Assembly (NCBI GenBank): GCA_964016885.1
Contig: OZ024746.1
Location: 43,958,001-44,022,000, forward strand
Origin: Eledone cirrhosa
Lineage: Eukaryota
Direction: 5' to 3'
Length of the DNA: 64,000 bases
In this document: piece after piece, positions 27,488 through 43,444 of the stretch
Numbering within the stretch: the stretch's first letter is position 1
Layout of the letters: every line of letters begins with the position of its first letter
Made by a program: the position numbers and the translations under genes
The notes under the pieces: generated by a model
Database searches by the model: none
The model's input: only the letters and a program-made list of their open reading frames with translations
What the model was told of the DNA's origin: nothing

Positions 27488-28199
27488 AATTACCTCGAAG
27501 TGGCCAGGTCACAAACTGTTGTAACTTGAACAGCTTCTGTCCAACCAAGTAACACCTATTGCTCATCCTCCATTGACATTTTCGCCTGATAAATAGCTTC
27601 CGCCCCTTTCTTTATTTAGTTGTCAAGACATGAAAGAGAATCTGAAAGGTTACATTATCAATTGCCAATGTTGATATTAAGTAGAATTATTAAGAACCAA
27701 ACATGCAGCTCTAGAATACAAACAAATTGACTCTACATATTACAAATGCAGCATGCAGAAAAGTTGATTTTTCTCCATTCTGAATTTTTACTTTTGAGAT
27801 GTTTCCAGTAAACAACTGCATCAGTCAATTGGAAGTCAAATTAAACTGTATCTACCGCAGCTGCAAGTTTGATAAAAATAAAAAAAAGTTAAACAATTTC
27901 TTTTAAATTTTGTACAGTGAAGAGATGAGAGAAAAATGTCCTTGGCTTCTTAATTTCTGCTAAACTGGGAACTAAGTTACCTGAGTGAGCTAGCCCTTCC
28001 TTTATTTAATATATTGTATGTCTCCATCCGCATTTAGTACAATATATATTTTATGTATTGTAAAAATGTTACCGTGGATAATCATCACAGGTTTTATATG
28101 TATATATATATATATATGACAGTCGATTGACTTTCGTCAAATCGGACTGAGGAAACAATGTTTCCATTGGTCTTTCTAATTGCTAATACTATCGATCGG

Positions 28200-28338
28200 T
28201 CGCAACTCCAGGTAGAAGGAGCAACGTGAAATAAAGTGTCTTGTCCAAGGACATAACGCATCGCCCGGTCAGGGAATCGAACTCACAACCTCACGATTGA
28301 GAGTTCAATTCTCTTACCACTCAGCCACGCGCCTTCAC
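28200..28338 (-). mobile_element. CORE-like tRNA SINE, 5' part (family B)
   Basis: Reverse complement GGCGCGTGGCTGAGTGGTAAGAG..GTGAGTTCGATTCCC..GTCCTTGGACAAGACACTTTATTTCACGTTGCTCC. Confidence 0.85.
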
Positions 28339-30419
28339 TATATTGATATATATATATATATCAATTTAAACAATTTTGAAAACCGTACAATGCATTAGAA
28401 AATTAAAAGTGTCAAGATAACAATAGAATCTTACCTTAGCAAATTTAATAATCCCAAATATTTTCGGGTTTAAAAACCCATTATAAAGGGAGTATCCCAG
28501 TGAAATATCAATAGTTAAAACTATTCAAATGTTTTCCAGCCGAGCAAGATCTATGACCAAAAATACTCCAGCTTGAATATTGTCATTTTTTTTTTTTTTT
28601 AGATCTCTCCTTGCTCGAGATATATTTACTTTAACAATGTTTTAACTAGATGTAATTTCGTGGACTTTTCTTATTTGTTCTCCATATTCCATAATTACTT
28701 TTAATTTACTTACATAACTTACTTGTTGGTGAAGATATATTTAGGACATCTATTCTGTTTTGATTTTGTAAATCACTACGCTGCGAATATTCCTTATTGA
28801 CTGTCTTAATTAAATATGCAAATATGTTCGGGGAGGTTTTCGTATATATGCAGGCTTCTATCGCTCTTATCTACTATTTATTTAAAACTATTTTTGGTAA
28901 TGTCAGCCAGATTATACTGAAATCAATGTTAGGTTTAAGTTCTTAGAATTATCCTTACTGTCTGTGTTTATTTTTCCACGGTGGTTCTCTATTTATAATA
29001 TCACAATGGCTCATCATTTCCATGTTTACATTATACGCAAGTTAATTGTCTTAACTCCAATTAGCAGTCATTTCGTTTTCTTTTGTGCAGTGGATGTTAT
29101 ATTAATAATTTTTCAAATTCATCTGTTTACTCAGTCTCACAACGATGAGATATCTGTTAAGCAATAATCTGATGTTATATTGAACACGATATGTTGTATA
29201 TTTTCAGTCAAACTCTTATATAATGAAGTAACCACAGTGTATTTCAATTTTCCAAATTTATCTCTTTGTTAACCTTGTGAGTATTGGAGCATTTAGCATT
29301 GGCTTAACGCTCTAGGCATTTAATGATACATTGTCATGGTGGGGTATTAGGTTTTTAGCTTAGATAGAGTCCAGTGGGATTTCGCTTTTCATAAATGGAT
29401 GCCTGATGCTCTTTTGAAAGATTATAAAATATTAATTTTTCATAGTGGTGTGCCTCGTCAATCAATCATCTAGAATTGATGCAAAGATCAATTTTTGGTT
29501 TTAAATTAAAGGAAAAGACCTAAATTACAGCTCTAGTCTGACGAAACGATGGTCGAGGGTGGCATGAGTGGTTTTCGATAAAGCAACCATATTCTAACGG
29601 CTCTAACATCTGTGATGATCGTCCGATCTGAAGTGTGTTAATGATGTCAACGTAAATCATTCAACATCACGTGATTTTACGATAGATACAAAATTATTGA
29701 ACAACAAATAAATCATCAAATGTAATATTAAAGAAAGCTTATAAACACAAAGAAACGGATCAATCCTTCAAATCATCTAAAATGTCCCCAACTTATTTTA
29801 CCTACATTTAAATCATTTCATCTTTGTCTTTCTTTTGAAGACTTACATGCTTTAAGAATATTTTTTTTTATATTACATTTGAACATTTTTGTTTTTATTA
29901 CTAAACATTTTTTAATTATCACTAAATCTAATTGATGTGAAATGATTTACACAGTTATCATAAACACAGTGCTTTATATAGATATAATAATGCATTTATA
30001 CATTTGCAAGCAAATGACACAAAATATATTCAGAACAGATCATCATTTCAAATATGAGAGCTGTTGGAATATTGTTACTTGCACTTCAAAAACACTAGCA
30101 CCCACTTCAGACTCGCATGCCTCCTACTGCTCTGATAATTGTCCACTTGGGCTGTTATTATCTGATACCAAAATATAAACTTTAGCATTAATTTGAAATG
30201 AAAATGAAATGTTTCCAAGCCCGACATTCCAGTATGTGTTGTCAATGCAGACACCAAGAAAATATATTATAATTCAAATATAAGTGTAGATTATTAGTAG
30301 CTTCCTTCCACATATCACAAATATAACATCCAGCACCGTATACCATGATTAATGAGCAAGGTATACTAATTAAGTGAAAATGATTTTCTTGAACTGATTT
30401 TTTAATAAACGTTATCTCT

Positions 30420-31560
30420 AGTAAAGGGCATCCTCGGTCATTTGGTGGTCCATTCCAACAGTATATATTTCATTTATAACGACTCGGTATGACTACGTTT
30501 CCATAGTGAATTCTATTGTGTTCATGTGATGCAATAAGGCTTGAATACGTTCCTGTTCCTGGCATACAACAAAGCTGTTACCCACACATTTCAGCCAGGC
30601 AGTCGGTTGTTGTGTCTTGAATGTATTCTTTCAAATATTAGTTAATGCAGGTGATAAAAGAGAAGCTATGTGCACGTTTTCCAATAGTTGATACATATTC
30701 CAGTTTGATGTAAGTCGTTCTGTTATACACTATCATGGCTATTATAGTCTCAGCTAGTAATTTTAGTCAATCTTCTCAGATTTCTGTAGTTTTCTAGCTT
30801 TGCTCTAACAACGGAGAAAACTTCATCAGTTGAAACCGAAGAGGCTATGTTGATTACACCAAGACATATTACGTATTTGACAGCATGTGATGTTTGGGAT
30901 CAGTTTGTACGAAATATGCAGGTTTTTAAAACAATTTATATATTAGTTATAAATGAGTACAACATAATTTAACCTTTTATTAACAATGTAGTTGCATTAA
31001 AAAAATGTAATCCTACTTATCAATAACTACAGACGTTTTTGCGAGTTAACTTGTAATTTTACGACACTGTTGTCCTTGGTAGAATTCGTTCCCTCCTTCG
31101 AAGTGCTTCCTTTTGAACGGATGACTTTTTCTAGAGATTCATAGTCTTTCCATAGGGGATTTTCTTTTTTCAAATTTTTCTAGCATGGAATTCGCTGAAT
31201 TATAATAGTAAAATCTAACTCATTGTTGATGTATTCAGTATTTTTTAAAAACCGGTATTGGGAACAGATGCTATTAGTTGATGCTGTATCTTCGCAAGTT
31301 GATTACTTTGATATGTAAGAAATTTCTATTCAAATTTTGTATAACATAGCCTCTTTAATCGCCTAGAATAAGCAGATTTATTTACTATATATATGTAATC
31401 GCATTTTCTAGCATTTAGATGGATTCGACCGTTTTGTGTTTAGAACAGTGGTATTCTCTGAATTGAATATTTTCTTGAATAATTTGATGACCTTCTCTGA
31501 GTATTTCTATTCTTAAGCGTTTCTAGCTTTTATCATGTCAGGAAGTTGGCTTGATTCCCT
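30420..31560 (-). mobile_element. Highly decayed Penelope-like RT region
   Basis: Minus strand gives LLSPALTNI, then AWLKCVGNSFVV..IQALLHHMNTIEFTME, resembling PLE RT LSPVLANI / WLRYVDDTFV / HLN..I.FTME; extent uncertain. Confidence 0.5.
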
Positions 31561-33374
31561 ATTGGTATTCTTTCTCATACTACTGACATAGTTTACATCA
31601 TTGGTTCTCAAATTTTCTTCCGAACCTAACTTGCATCTATGGCCCTCATATATGCGATTAGTTGTAAAAGAAATTACCATTTGCAATGTTTATTAATTGC
31701 AAATGTATTATATAAAAACAAAATGTTTGTAGTCGGTGCTAAAAGCGACTATTTCTATGCAAATAAATTGTGTATTAGCAAACAAATTCTATAAAGTGCA
31801 TTAAGAGCATAAGCTACAAAGACTGCCAAGCATTAACTTTATTAATGAGTTCTTTATTTACAAAAAAAAACGAATTCTTAGCAACACAACAAACAGAGTA
31901 ACAAAAATATTCTTATGACACTTTATTTAGTGTAAGCTTTGTGGTTGATGCAACTTAGGGAAGTCACACGGCTAAAGTCAAATTCAACAAGGAGTGGGAA
32001 AAGCAATATTTTACAACTCTTGCAGTGTTCAATATAATTTACAGCGTTGAAATCAGCCTGAAGAAGGCCATGTTATTTTCGATTAAAAATCACTATTATA
32101 GACGCTTCGGGTACGAATATATTGTTGCACATTTTTTTTTTATGAGATCACTTATATAATAACGATGGAGACATTTTAGAGATTGCGAACTTCACATGGT
32201 TTCCATTACAGACAAAATGAAAATTCTATGAAATAATAGACAACAAGCTTTGTGATTGCGAGTCTATGGTACTTGATGGTGAATGGATAATAAATCGTTT
32301 GAAATGTAAAAATCTACCAAAATATTTTGAATAAAAAAAGGAAACAGACCCCCCCCCCCCCCCCCAAAAAAAAAAATGACTTGGGTGCTGAAGAAAAGAA
32401 ATGCTGTAAAAGGGAAGGCGGAAAGGAAGAGGACAAGCTCTACACCCTTGGCTGAGCGATACTTCTCAGCTACAGCGCCCGAAAGTATTGCTGCAGAGAA
32501 CAATCAGCCAGTGACACCAGTTACATCGGCAATTCCACCTTAAGTGAGATCCACTCCACACAATAAATGACATAACTACAGCTTAAATACACTGTTGAAC
32601 TTATAACAAGCAAACAAACATTTATTTTGTTTTATTTTCCTCAATTCAGAGTAGTAGAAATGACATTACGTCCCAATATAAAATCAATGACATTACTCTA
32701 ACTGACATAATTTATTATCAAAGTGAAATTAGAAAGCATAATAAAAAATGTTTCGAGCTTACGTTTAACCTACTTACCATAAATACAGATAAAAAGTATT
32801 CAGTAAACAGTGATGAAAGTTTAAAAAATGATTTTTTTTTTTTTAAATCTCATCATAATCATTATCTAAACACGGAAAAGATATCTCTCAAAATTTCATT
32901 ATAAAGAAAGTTATGAAAAACAATGTGTGGGAGGGAATTACGGTACGATAGTTGTGCTGAGCAGATGAGATTAACAGTCCGAAAAATTCCTCCATCAAAT
33001 TCTGATAATAACTAATGTTAGGAATTCAGGCACAAGTAACTAAATTTCTACCAATCAACATAACCAATATAAGCATGTTTACTGTAAATATTCGAAAGAA
33101 AAGGCGCCGATTATTTTGTTGACTGAGCAAGTGTCTGAACTATTTATACTTCTTACCAATTCTATCTTTCGAACTCGTTGCTATAAGAGCAGTTAACTGC
33201 TTTGTTATATGTCTAATGAAATACACTGCCAATATGTTCCAAATAAGTTTGAAGATAAGCAACATTTGGGACGAATTTAGTTTAAGCTTTTCATTGGAAA
33301 TGTGATACACAGAACATTACATAACAAAAAAGGTTATTACATGGAAGTTTTTAAAAATAAATATGAAGAAAAGT

Positions 33375-33752
33375 GTTGAATTTGCAGAATTGGTAGAGCG
33401 TCGGATAAAATGCCATTGCAGTTTTTATTTTAGCTATTTATATTTTGAGTTCAAAACCCATCTAAGTCTACTCAATATAATACGAGGGTGCGCTGAAAAG
33501 CTCATAGGCTGACTATGAAGAAGTGCTGCTAAAAGCTATGAAATCTAGCATGCATTAATTTTAACTCTTATTAATGACTGCATTTTTTTTCTTTTCGGGG
33601 ATTATTTTTGAAAAATAAACCTCATTTGGTCGTTCCATAAGTGATCTTCATCAGCCTATGAACTTTTCAGCCAACCCTCATAAAGTAACAGTCAAGCGCC
33701 GGGGCTAATTTAATCAATTTTACTTTTTTTCTAAATTTGCTGGCCTTGTGCA
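33375..33752 (+). mobile_element. Old SINE (family A-related) split by a MITE
   Basis: Head GCAGAATTGGTAGAGCGTCGG..GAGTTCAAAA before 33480; tail AAAGTAACAG..TTGCTGGCCTTGTG after 33682. Confidence 0.75.
33481..33682. mobile_element. mariner-type MITE
   Basis: TA-CGAGGGTGCGCTGAAAAGCTCATAGGCTGA ... TCAGCCTATGAACTTTTCAGCCAACCCTCA-TA; second copy at 61967. Confidence 0.85.
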
Positions 33753-34654
33753 GTATAAGTAGGAAGACCTAATTCAGGCAGCTTTGTATTCAGAACAAGG
33801 TGTGTGTAGGGGGGGGGGGGGGTTATAATTGCTCCTTATTAATGGTAGAATTGAAAAGTGGGTGCCAAAGGGATTCAATGAAATGTTTGAACAACGCGTT
33901 TGATACAGTGTTCAGAAGGTTTGTTTCGAGAGATTGTGGTTGCATGCTTGCAGACTGCTTTGTCTTATATTCTGTCTGAACTGTAACTTTTTCACTTAAA
34001 CAATTTACTGATCTGCAATCTTCTAAAACTCTGTTCTTGCTCATATTTCTAGTCTATTCCAAACTATCAAACATTCAGACAGCAGATTAACGGAAATAAC
34101 CGATACCAAATATTTCATGCGATAGAAGATTTCATTCACAAACGAGTTTATGAATAAAAAAATAACAAACAAAAAAAACTTGTTGATTTTTTAAAATATC
34201 TTAGATGGTTTCTCATAGATTTAAGTTTCTCTAATTCATAATTCACCAAATCAGTTTACAAGCTTAAGCCACGACAAAGTAGGTTATCTAATTGAGTTAA
34301 ACCACCACCCACTCCTTCGAAATACAAGTAATATCTCCATTTTCCATAGATATCAATTAACACAGAAATCAAACAAAGCACGACAAATAAAAAGTGCATT
34401 TTATTCATACTTTTTTTAAAATTAATATAGTAATGTAGTAATGAAAATGAATTTTAGGAAGTAGAGGTATATTGTGTCCATGAGGCAAAGGTTGGGGAAG
34501 AATGTGAAGTCGCTACAGCCTCCGCCAAAAAACTGATAAGTTGCTGCTGGAGTTGTAGAAGCGCCGTAGTGGCATACAGCACGTTTTAGGCATTTTAAAA
34601 ACCTCCAGGTCTGAACACAGCTGATTTCTTGGAGAGAGATGTGAGGAAGTGAGG

Positions 34655-34753
34655 ATGAAAGGCAAAGTTGAACGGCGGGATTTAAGCGTAGATAGCCGGA
34701 ACGAATACTACAAGACATTCTATCCGATGCTCTAACAACTTTGCCAATTTGCC
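34655..34753 (-). mobile_element. SINE fragment (family A-related)
   Basis: AGGATGAAAGGCAAAGTTGAAC.GCGGGATTT..GCCAAT. Confidence 0.7.
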
Positions 34754-35059
34754 AGATAAAAGAGAAATACTGTTAAGAATTGTGGTATCAAATATTTGAT
34801 ACCTAGCTCGCGCGTGCGCACACACGTATATCTACATACGAGCACGTGTACTCAACTTAAGTAGAACATTTCATAACCTTCTCTTAATTTATTACTACTT
34901 CTTACATTATTTGCTGTAGGTAAGGGCTCTCAAACTGAAGGACTCGAAAGGATTATTACGTAGTGCGGGAGAGGCACAAAGAGCCAAAAGTGAGATGGGG
35001 GAGGCGGGATTTCACCAGTACGTTAATATAGGAATGATTTTATCATGCCGTAGAAATTC

Positions 35060-35335
35060 AAACATTCAAAATAATTGATTCACAATGTCCGTCACAAGTA
35101 TGAGAATACACACTTGACAGGTGCAATGTGTCGTCCGAACACGGAAGAGCCGAACTCCCACCGTCATCGACCCCGTCTCTCTCGCCCTCCCCATCTCTCT
35201 CGCCTTCCCCATCTCTCTGTATAGTGAGCAAATGGGATCCCATGTGCTGGCCGTCCCACAGCTCCGGCTGACAGAATGGAGAAGGCGTTTCCTCGGAGTA
35301 TTGTAAGGGAGATACGCTGGAAGATCCATTTCAAC
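35060..35335 (-). mobile_element. 3' end of a CRE/NeSL-like RLE non-LTR retrotransposon
   Basis: A frame not shown in the ORF track reads WIFQRISLTILRGNAFSILSAG, the CRE-clade C-terminal FQR(I/L)S..I.RGNA motif; locally GC-rich. Confidence 0.7.
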
Positions 35336-36084
35336 AGTTATAATAGGCAGCTATCAATTGTTTTCATAAAAATGAATACTTACTCGTAACTGAGAAAATG
35401 TAAGGGATACATTTTCCTTAATTAGTCACGGAAATTGTTCTGCCGTGGGCCTAAGAAAAGTAGTTTGCAGACCGCATGTTTGAGACTCATGTTGTGGGTA
35501 TAGAAATTGAGCAGAAATAACAGGAGGAAAAAGTGAGTATAAAACAATTTCAATCTATACATGGAAAGGCAGATAAGCAGAAGACAGAAAACTACAGAAG
35601 CAGGAGCCATGGATATAGACACACTCTTTAAATTTGCTTGACCGACAAAATGACCTTTCGTTGATTTTAATCAATCTTATTGTGAACTTCGAATATAGTT
35701 TCCACACAAATTTATTAGACACCAAAATAAAACACACACAAATTTCAGTTACAAATGTCTCTTCTTTAGCTTTTGACCTCCACGAAAACATTTACATAAA
35801 CTTTTAACATTTCATGACTTCCGTTTTTGTTGTTTTTCCTTTGTTGTTCTTGAATAAATAGAAATTCATGAAATCATTCTTATTTTTAGATACATTCGAA
35901 TAGTTTCGTAAAATAAAAATGTATATACACCTCAATGAGGTGTATAGTGTGGGTATATATGTATGGATAGGTGTCTTTTTCATATTTTCAAATGAAAAGG
36001 TGTGAAGCAATCAGAATCTAAATGACGATCTACACCTACAAGTCTTGCCTGGATCCCTCAACACCCGAAAGAGCAGTAAGAGCA

Positions 36085-38859
<2,775 letters not shown>

Positions 38860-38860
<1 letters not shown>

Positions 38861-40502
38861 ATCTCTTTATCTTAATTTCGAGTATATTTTTTTTTGACCG
38901 GCCACCTTCCTGGTGGCAAGGCTGTAAAAGAAAATAAATTGTCATCCCTTGCATCGCAAGAATGTTTGGCAAATTTTGAAGGTGCCATTTATCGCAGCCA
39001 TTTGTAGACTATGAATTAAGGAGCTGCGCTCATTGTCCGCAAATCCAAGTTCAGTCATACTTTGGTCCAAGCGGGATGGTATATAACCCGTAGCTCCAAT
39101 AATGATGGGTATGAAGCTAAAGGTGTATCTTGGAAACTGGATTTGTAAACTCCTCATCAATGGTCCGTAGATGTCCTCCTTCTCCTGTACTTTTCTGACA
39201 ACGTTTACATCAAGTGGGCAGCTGATCTCCACAACAGAACACGTTTTCAATGTGTGGTCCCAAACAACAATATCAAGCCGGTTGTGCTTTAATTTGGTGG
39301 CAGTTTTTATTTTCAGCTTCCCCCAGTATTCCTTAGTGCCATCTGTCTCAATATATTCTTCCTCGTTTGTTGTTAATTTTGTTTTCCGAAGTGCATTCCA
39401 GATGGTTCTAGCTACCACATCGTGTCTCATGGGGAGGTAGTAGCGAGATGAAATTCTTTCGCAGCTGGCAACAATGTGGCTTACATCCTCGATCTTTGTT
39501 TTACATAGCCTACATTTATTGTCAGCTGCTGGCCCTCCTCTTTTGTGCAGCAGATATTTGGTAGGGAGTTCTTGTTCCTGTATTGCATCGAGATATCCCT
39601 CAAGGTGTGATGTCATAAACTTGTCGGAACTCCATGCCAGGCTTTTTGAGTGGTTTATCCCCTCTATGGTCTGTGTTTTACGCCTCAAGTATCCATGCAC
39701 AACTGTTTCTGTAAATTGGTCAATTTTTTAATCTTGTTTGAACATTGAATAGGATCTTCTGATTTCTCTGGGTGAGAGATTTATATCAGGCTTTATTCCA
39801 TATCTCTCCTCCAGATCAGTCGCTATTCTAATGATTTTTTATTTTTCATGCTCATAAACCTGGGCAAGATGGTTGCCAACCTTTTTCCTCTGTTGAAGGT
39901 GTTGTTTCAGTGTTACTATCCGGGTCTCATATGTTGTTAATATTGATTTTAGACCCCGGCCACCTTCCTTGCGTGAGAAGTATAGCCTATCCACATCACC
40001 ATTGATGTTAAAGTTACCAGTAACACTAAGAAGTTTTCGAGTTCTAACATCCATCTCACTTAGTTCTTGCAATGATCGGTTCTGCAGGCCAAATGTTGAC
40101 GTTAGAATTGGCACAGCATAAGTATTGTGGGCAATGTATTTGCTGTATGCTGACAGTTCTGATGACCATATTTTCTTTACTCTTCTGAGGTATTCAGTTC
40201 TGGCTCTCTCCTTATTTATGGGTCCATCATACCTGACATTCTCATCCTGTCCAAGATATCTGTAGTTGTCACCTGACTGCAGAGGTTGTATTGTCAGGCC
40301 GTTCATCTCTAGATTTCTAGAGGAGGGCACAGCTCTTCCACGTTTTACTGCCAAATATGCACACTTGGACTCACGAAATTTCATTTTGATGTCGGTTGAA
40401 AATTGTGTAATGAGGTCCAATTGTTTCTTGATGTCATTGATATTTGGCCCATACAACTTCAGGTCATCAACAAAGAAAAGATGGGAGATACTTCTGGGCC
40501 AT
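38860..40502 (-). mobile_element. 5'-truncated R4/Dong-like non-LTR retrotransposon (RT + CCHC + restriction-like endonuclease)
   Basis: ISHLFFVDDLKLY, YRYLG, RKEGGRGL, CRLC..HIVASC, RHD, HNRLDIVVWD..VVEISCP..KVQEKEDIY; single frame with two stops (39839-41, 39728-30), stop at 38942, short 3' UTR with GCCACC/GGTGGC hairpin running into microsatellite. Confidence 0.9.
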
Positions 40503-40555
40503 GTATGTATATATATATGTATGTATGTATATCTATATGTATGTATATATGAATG

Positions 40556-40586
<31 letters not shown>

Positions 40587-41169
40587 GTGCTACTGGTGCT
40601 ACTGGTAACATACATCCCAGTACAACCTGTCTCATGGTCGGGTCGTTGACGACTAAACTGGCAACCCCACCAAGGTTTCTTGGTGAGGAGGGTGACTTTG
40701 GACATCCTGCAGGACTAAAAACAAAACCTGTCAAAGGGCAAAGGGGGTCTTAAGAGTCAATGGCCATCCAAAATCACCGGGAGAGATGACCCCTTAGCCT
40801 TTGTCAAGCCAGAATTCTAGGAGAAGGAAAACTCTGATATAACACCTGCAACCCTGATGGTATCCAATGATGTTGACTTGTTCTTTTTGGTAAATATCAT
40901 CTTGGTTAAGAGAGTGGGACTGGCTTTGTGCAGTGCCTTTCCTCACTATAAAAACTTCACGGCACAGGCATTGCTTTATATCTGGAGATCTCTCTGCACT
41001 TGTCGTCACATGGTACCAAGGGCCCAGCTCTATGTGTCAATAATTGTCACAGGTGTAGTGTTTGTACCAGAGTTTTCAAGACGCTGGCTGGATTAAAAAG
41101 TCACACTTGTGGTTCTCCTACATGGATATAAAGTAGTGACCGTACTCGAAAACGAGTTAGCAGCCACCA
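40587..41169 (+). mobile_element. ~600-bp non-autonomous retroposon in (TA)n, copy A
   Basis: Near-identical inverted copy at 44967-45580; 3' stem-loop ACTCG AAAA CGAGT; flanked by TA repeats. Confidence 0.85.
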
Positions 41170-41181
41170 TATATATGTATG

Positions 41182-41220
<39 letters not shown>

Positions 41221-41367
41221 GTATATATATATATGTATATATATATATATGTATATATATATATGTATATATATATATGTATATATATATATATGTATAT
41301 ATATATATGTATATATATATATGTATATATATATGTATGTATGTATATATATATATATGTATGTATG

Positions 41368-41453
<86 letters not shown>

Positions 41454-41611
41454 TGTATGTATATATGTATATATGTATATATATATATATATATATTAAT
41501 ATAAGGAATTCCAACTTTGTCTGATTTACTCGTTTTATTTACAATCGTTTAAAATTATAATATGGTATTAGAATGAAATCGTATGATATAATATTAAATC
41601 TAAAGTGTTAA

Positions 41612-41652
41612 TTGAACAAGTACTTTCATGCTTTCGCAATCTTCAGGTTCAA
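41612..41652 (-). ncRNA. Minimal type I hammerhead ribozyme motif downstream of PLE ORF
   Basis: TTGAAC-CTGAAGA-TTGC GAAA GCAT-GAAA-GTAC-TT-GTTCAA; 6-bp stem I, GAAA tetraloop in stem II, palindromic AGTACT stem III, CUU triplet. Confidence 0.85.
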
Positions 41653-41790
41653 ATTCTGTGGTGACAGTCAAGCTTGCAATTTTCAACTGTTGAAAATTGG
41701 CACCACACAAATTCAGCGATATATGTGCGTATATGCATGTATATGTATGTATCCGCATGTATCTGTGTATTTCTTTATATTGTACAAACA

Positions 41791-41834
<44 letters not shown>

Positions 41835-42157
41835 CAAACATATATACATAAACATACATATAGACGCACAATAATTACACACTCACATAAGCACATATAT
41901 ATATACATACACATACATATACATATATATATATACATATACATACACACAGAAATATATATCTCTATATATAAAAAAGAGGTGGGTGTGTAAAGGGTAA
42001 GGTAGAAAGTAGGGGGGAATATAAGTCAACAGACATATAAATAACATAGGAAAAAAATATAAATATAAGAGGAGATGAGGGAGAAAAAGAAATTATGGGT
42101 AAAGAAAGTGAGTTCAGAGAGTAATAATAATTGTAGTGGATGTAAGGCGTAAGAAGT

Positions 42158-42330
42158 TCAAGGTGGTTGAGTCATCGTAGGAATGTCAATCCAGTTACAA
42201 AGTAGATGTGATTTCAGGTGAGGACAACATCTGAATAACTCAGTCTTGGAGTTAAGGCAAGTGGATGTGGCTTTCAAATTTTGGAGAAATCTAAATTTTT
42301 CCGTGGTGCACAAAGAACAATATGGTGCAC
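42158..42330 (-). mobile_element. Penelope-like element ORF C-terminus (post GIY-YIG)
   Basis: [12 protein letters not shown]....[20 protein letters not shown] resembles the PLE terminal CxLCxxEK...LNxxxEL...CxH...LL motif. Confidence 0.75.
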
Positions 42331-42339
42331 AAACATATA

Positions 42340-42371
<32 letters not shown>

Positions 42372-42435
42372 CATACATACATACATACATACATACATAC
42401 ATACATACATACACATACATACATACATACATACA

Positions 42436-42471
<36 letters not shown>

Positions 42472-42586
42472 TATATAAAAGGGAAAGCAAATAAAAAAAA
42501 AATTTTTTAAATAAATTTCAAAAAATTCACTGTACTTACTATATGTGCCTTTACCGCGGTTTCAGATCCCAAAACGAATAGATAAT

Positions 42587-42973
42587 TGAATATATATAAT
42601 AAATGTAATCTGAGTTTTTCGAATATTAATAATTGTTTCTATTTTTGGCATACGGCCAACTATTACCCCAGTGTATTACTGGTACTTTATTTTAGCGACC
42701 CCGTAAGGATGAAAGGCAAAGTTAACCTCGGCGGGATTAACATTCGATTCGTTTGCAATTTTGCAAACAAGCCTAAATTATATAGCCTTGTCAGTAGAAT
42801 GAACCCTTCATTCTTGCTCTTGTGTTGGCATGTGGACATGTCAACACAAGAGCAAGAATGAAGGGTTCATTCTACTGACATGGCTATAAAATTGAGGCTT
42901 GTTTGCAAATTTGCAAACGAATCGAATGTTATTATTAATATTCGAAAAACTCAGATTGCATTTATTGTATTCA
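42587..42973. mobile_element. Foldback/palindromic element with SINE inserted in left arm
   Basis: Core 42741-42928 = 93-bp arms, 2-nt loop, 5 mismatches; outer arms AATCTGAGTTTTTCGAATATTAATAAT (42607-42633) / ATTATTAATATTCGAAAAACTCAGATT (42931-42957). Confidence 0.85.
42632..42738 (-). mobile_element. 5'-truncated SINE (family A)
   Basis: CTGGTACTTTATTTTAGCGACCCCGTAAGGATGAAAGGCAAAGTTAACCTCGGCGGGAT. Confidence 0.9.
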
Positions 42974-42995
42974 GCCATGTAGAGCGAACATTTTC

Positions 42996-43086
<91 letters not shown>

Positions 43087-43392
43087 CATATATATATATA
43101 TATATATACATACATATATATATATTTATATATACATATATATATACATATATATATATTCATACATATATATACATACATATATACATATATATATACA
43201 TACATATATACATACATATATATATATACATACATATATACATATACATACATATATATATATACATACATATATATATATATATACATACATATATATA
43301 TATATACATACATATATATATATATATACATACATGTATATATATATATACATACATGTATATATATATATACATATATATATATACATACA

Positions 43393-43434
<42 letters not shown>

Positions 43435-43444
43435 CATACATATA

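Noticed and set aside
28436-28520. Possible minus-strand exon ending AAG|GTAAGA
   Set aside because: No convincing acceptor or recognisable peptide; donor-like sites are frequent by chance
39839-40705. 288-aa ORF as a novel fusion protein
   Set aside because: Chance read-through from the antisense 600-bp element across a microsatellite into the truncated RT
40600-40740. Twister or HDV-like ribozyme in the 600-bp element
   Set aside because: GAGGAGGG is present, but no UAA/L4 twister motifs or HDV P1-P3-L3 arrangement could be fitted by eye
42737-42932. piggyBac assignment of the palindrome from TTAA/TTAT flanks
   Set aside because: Symmetry extends beyond these sites; the TTAA is created by the SINE junction
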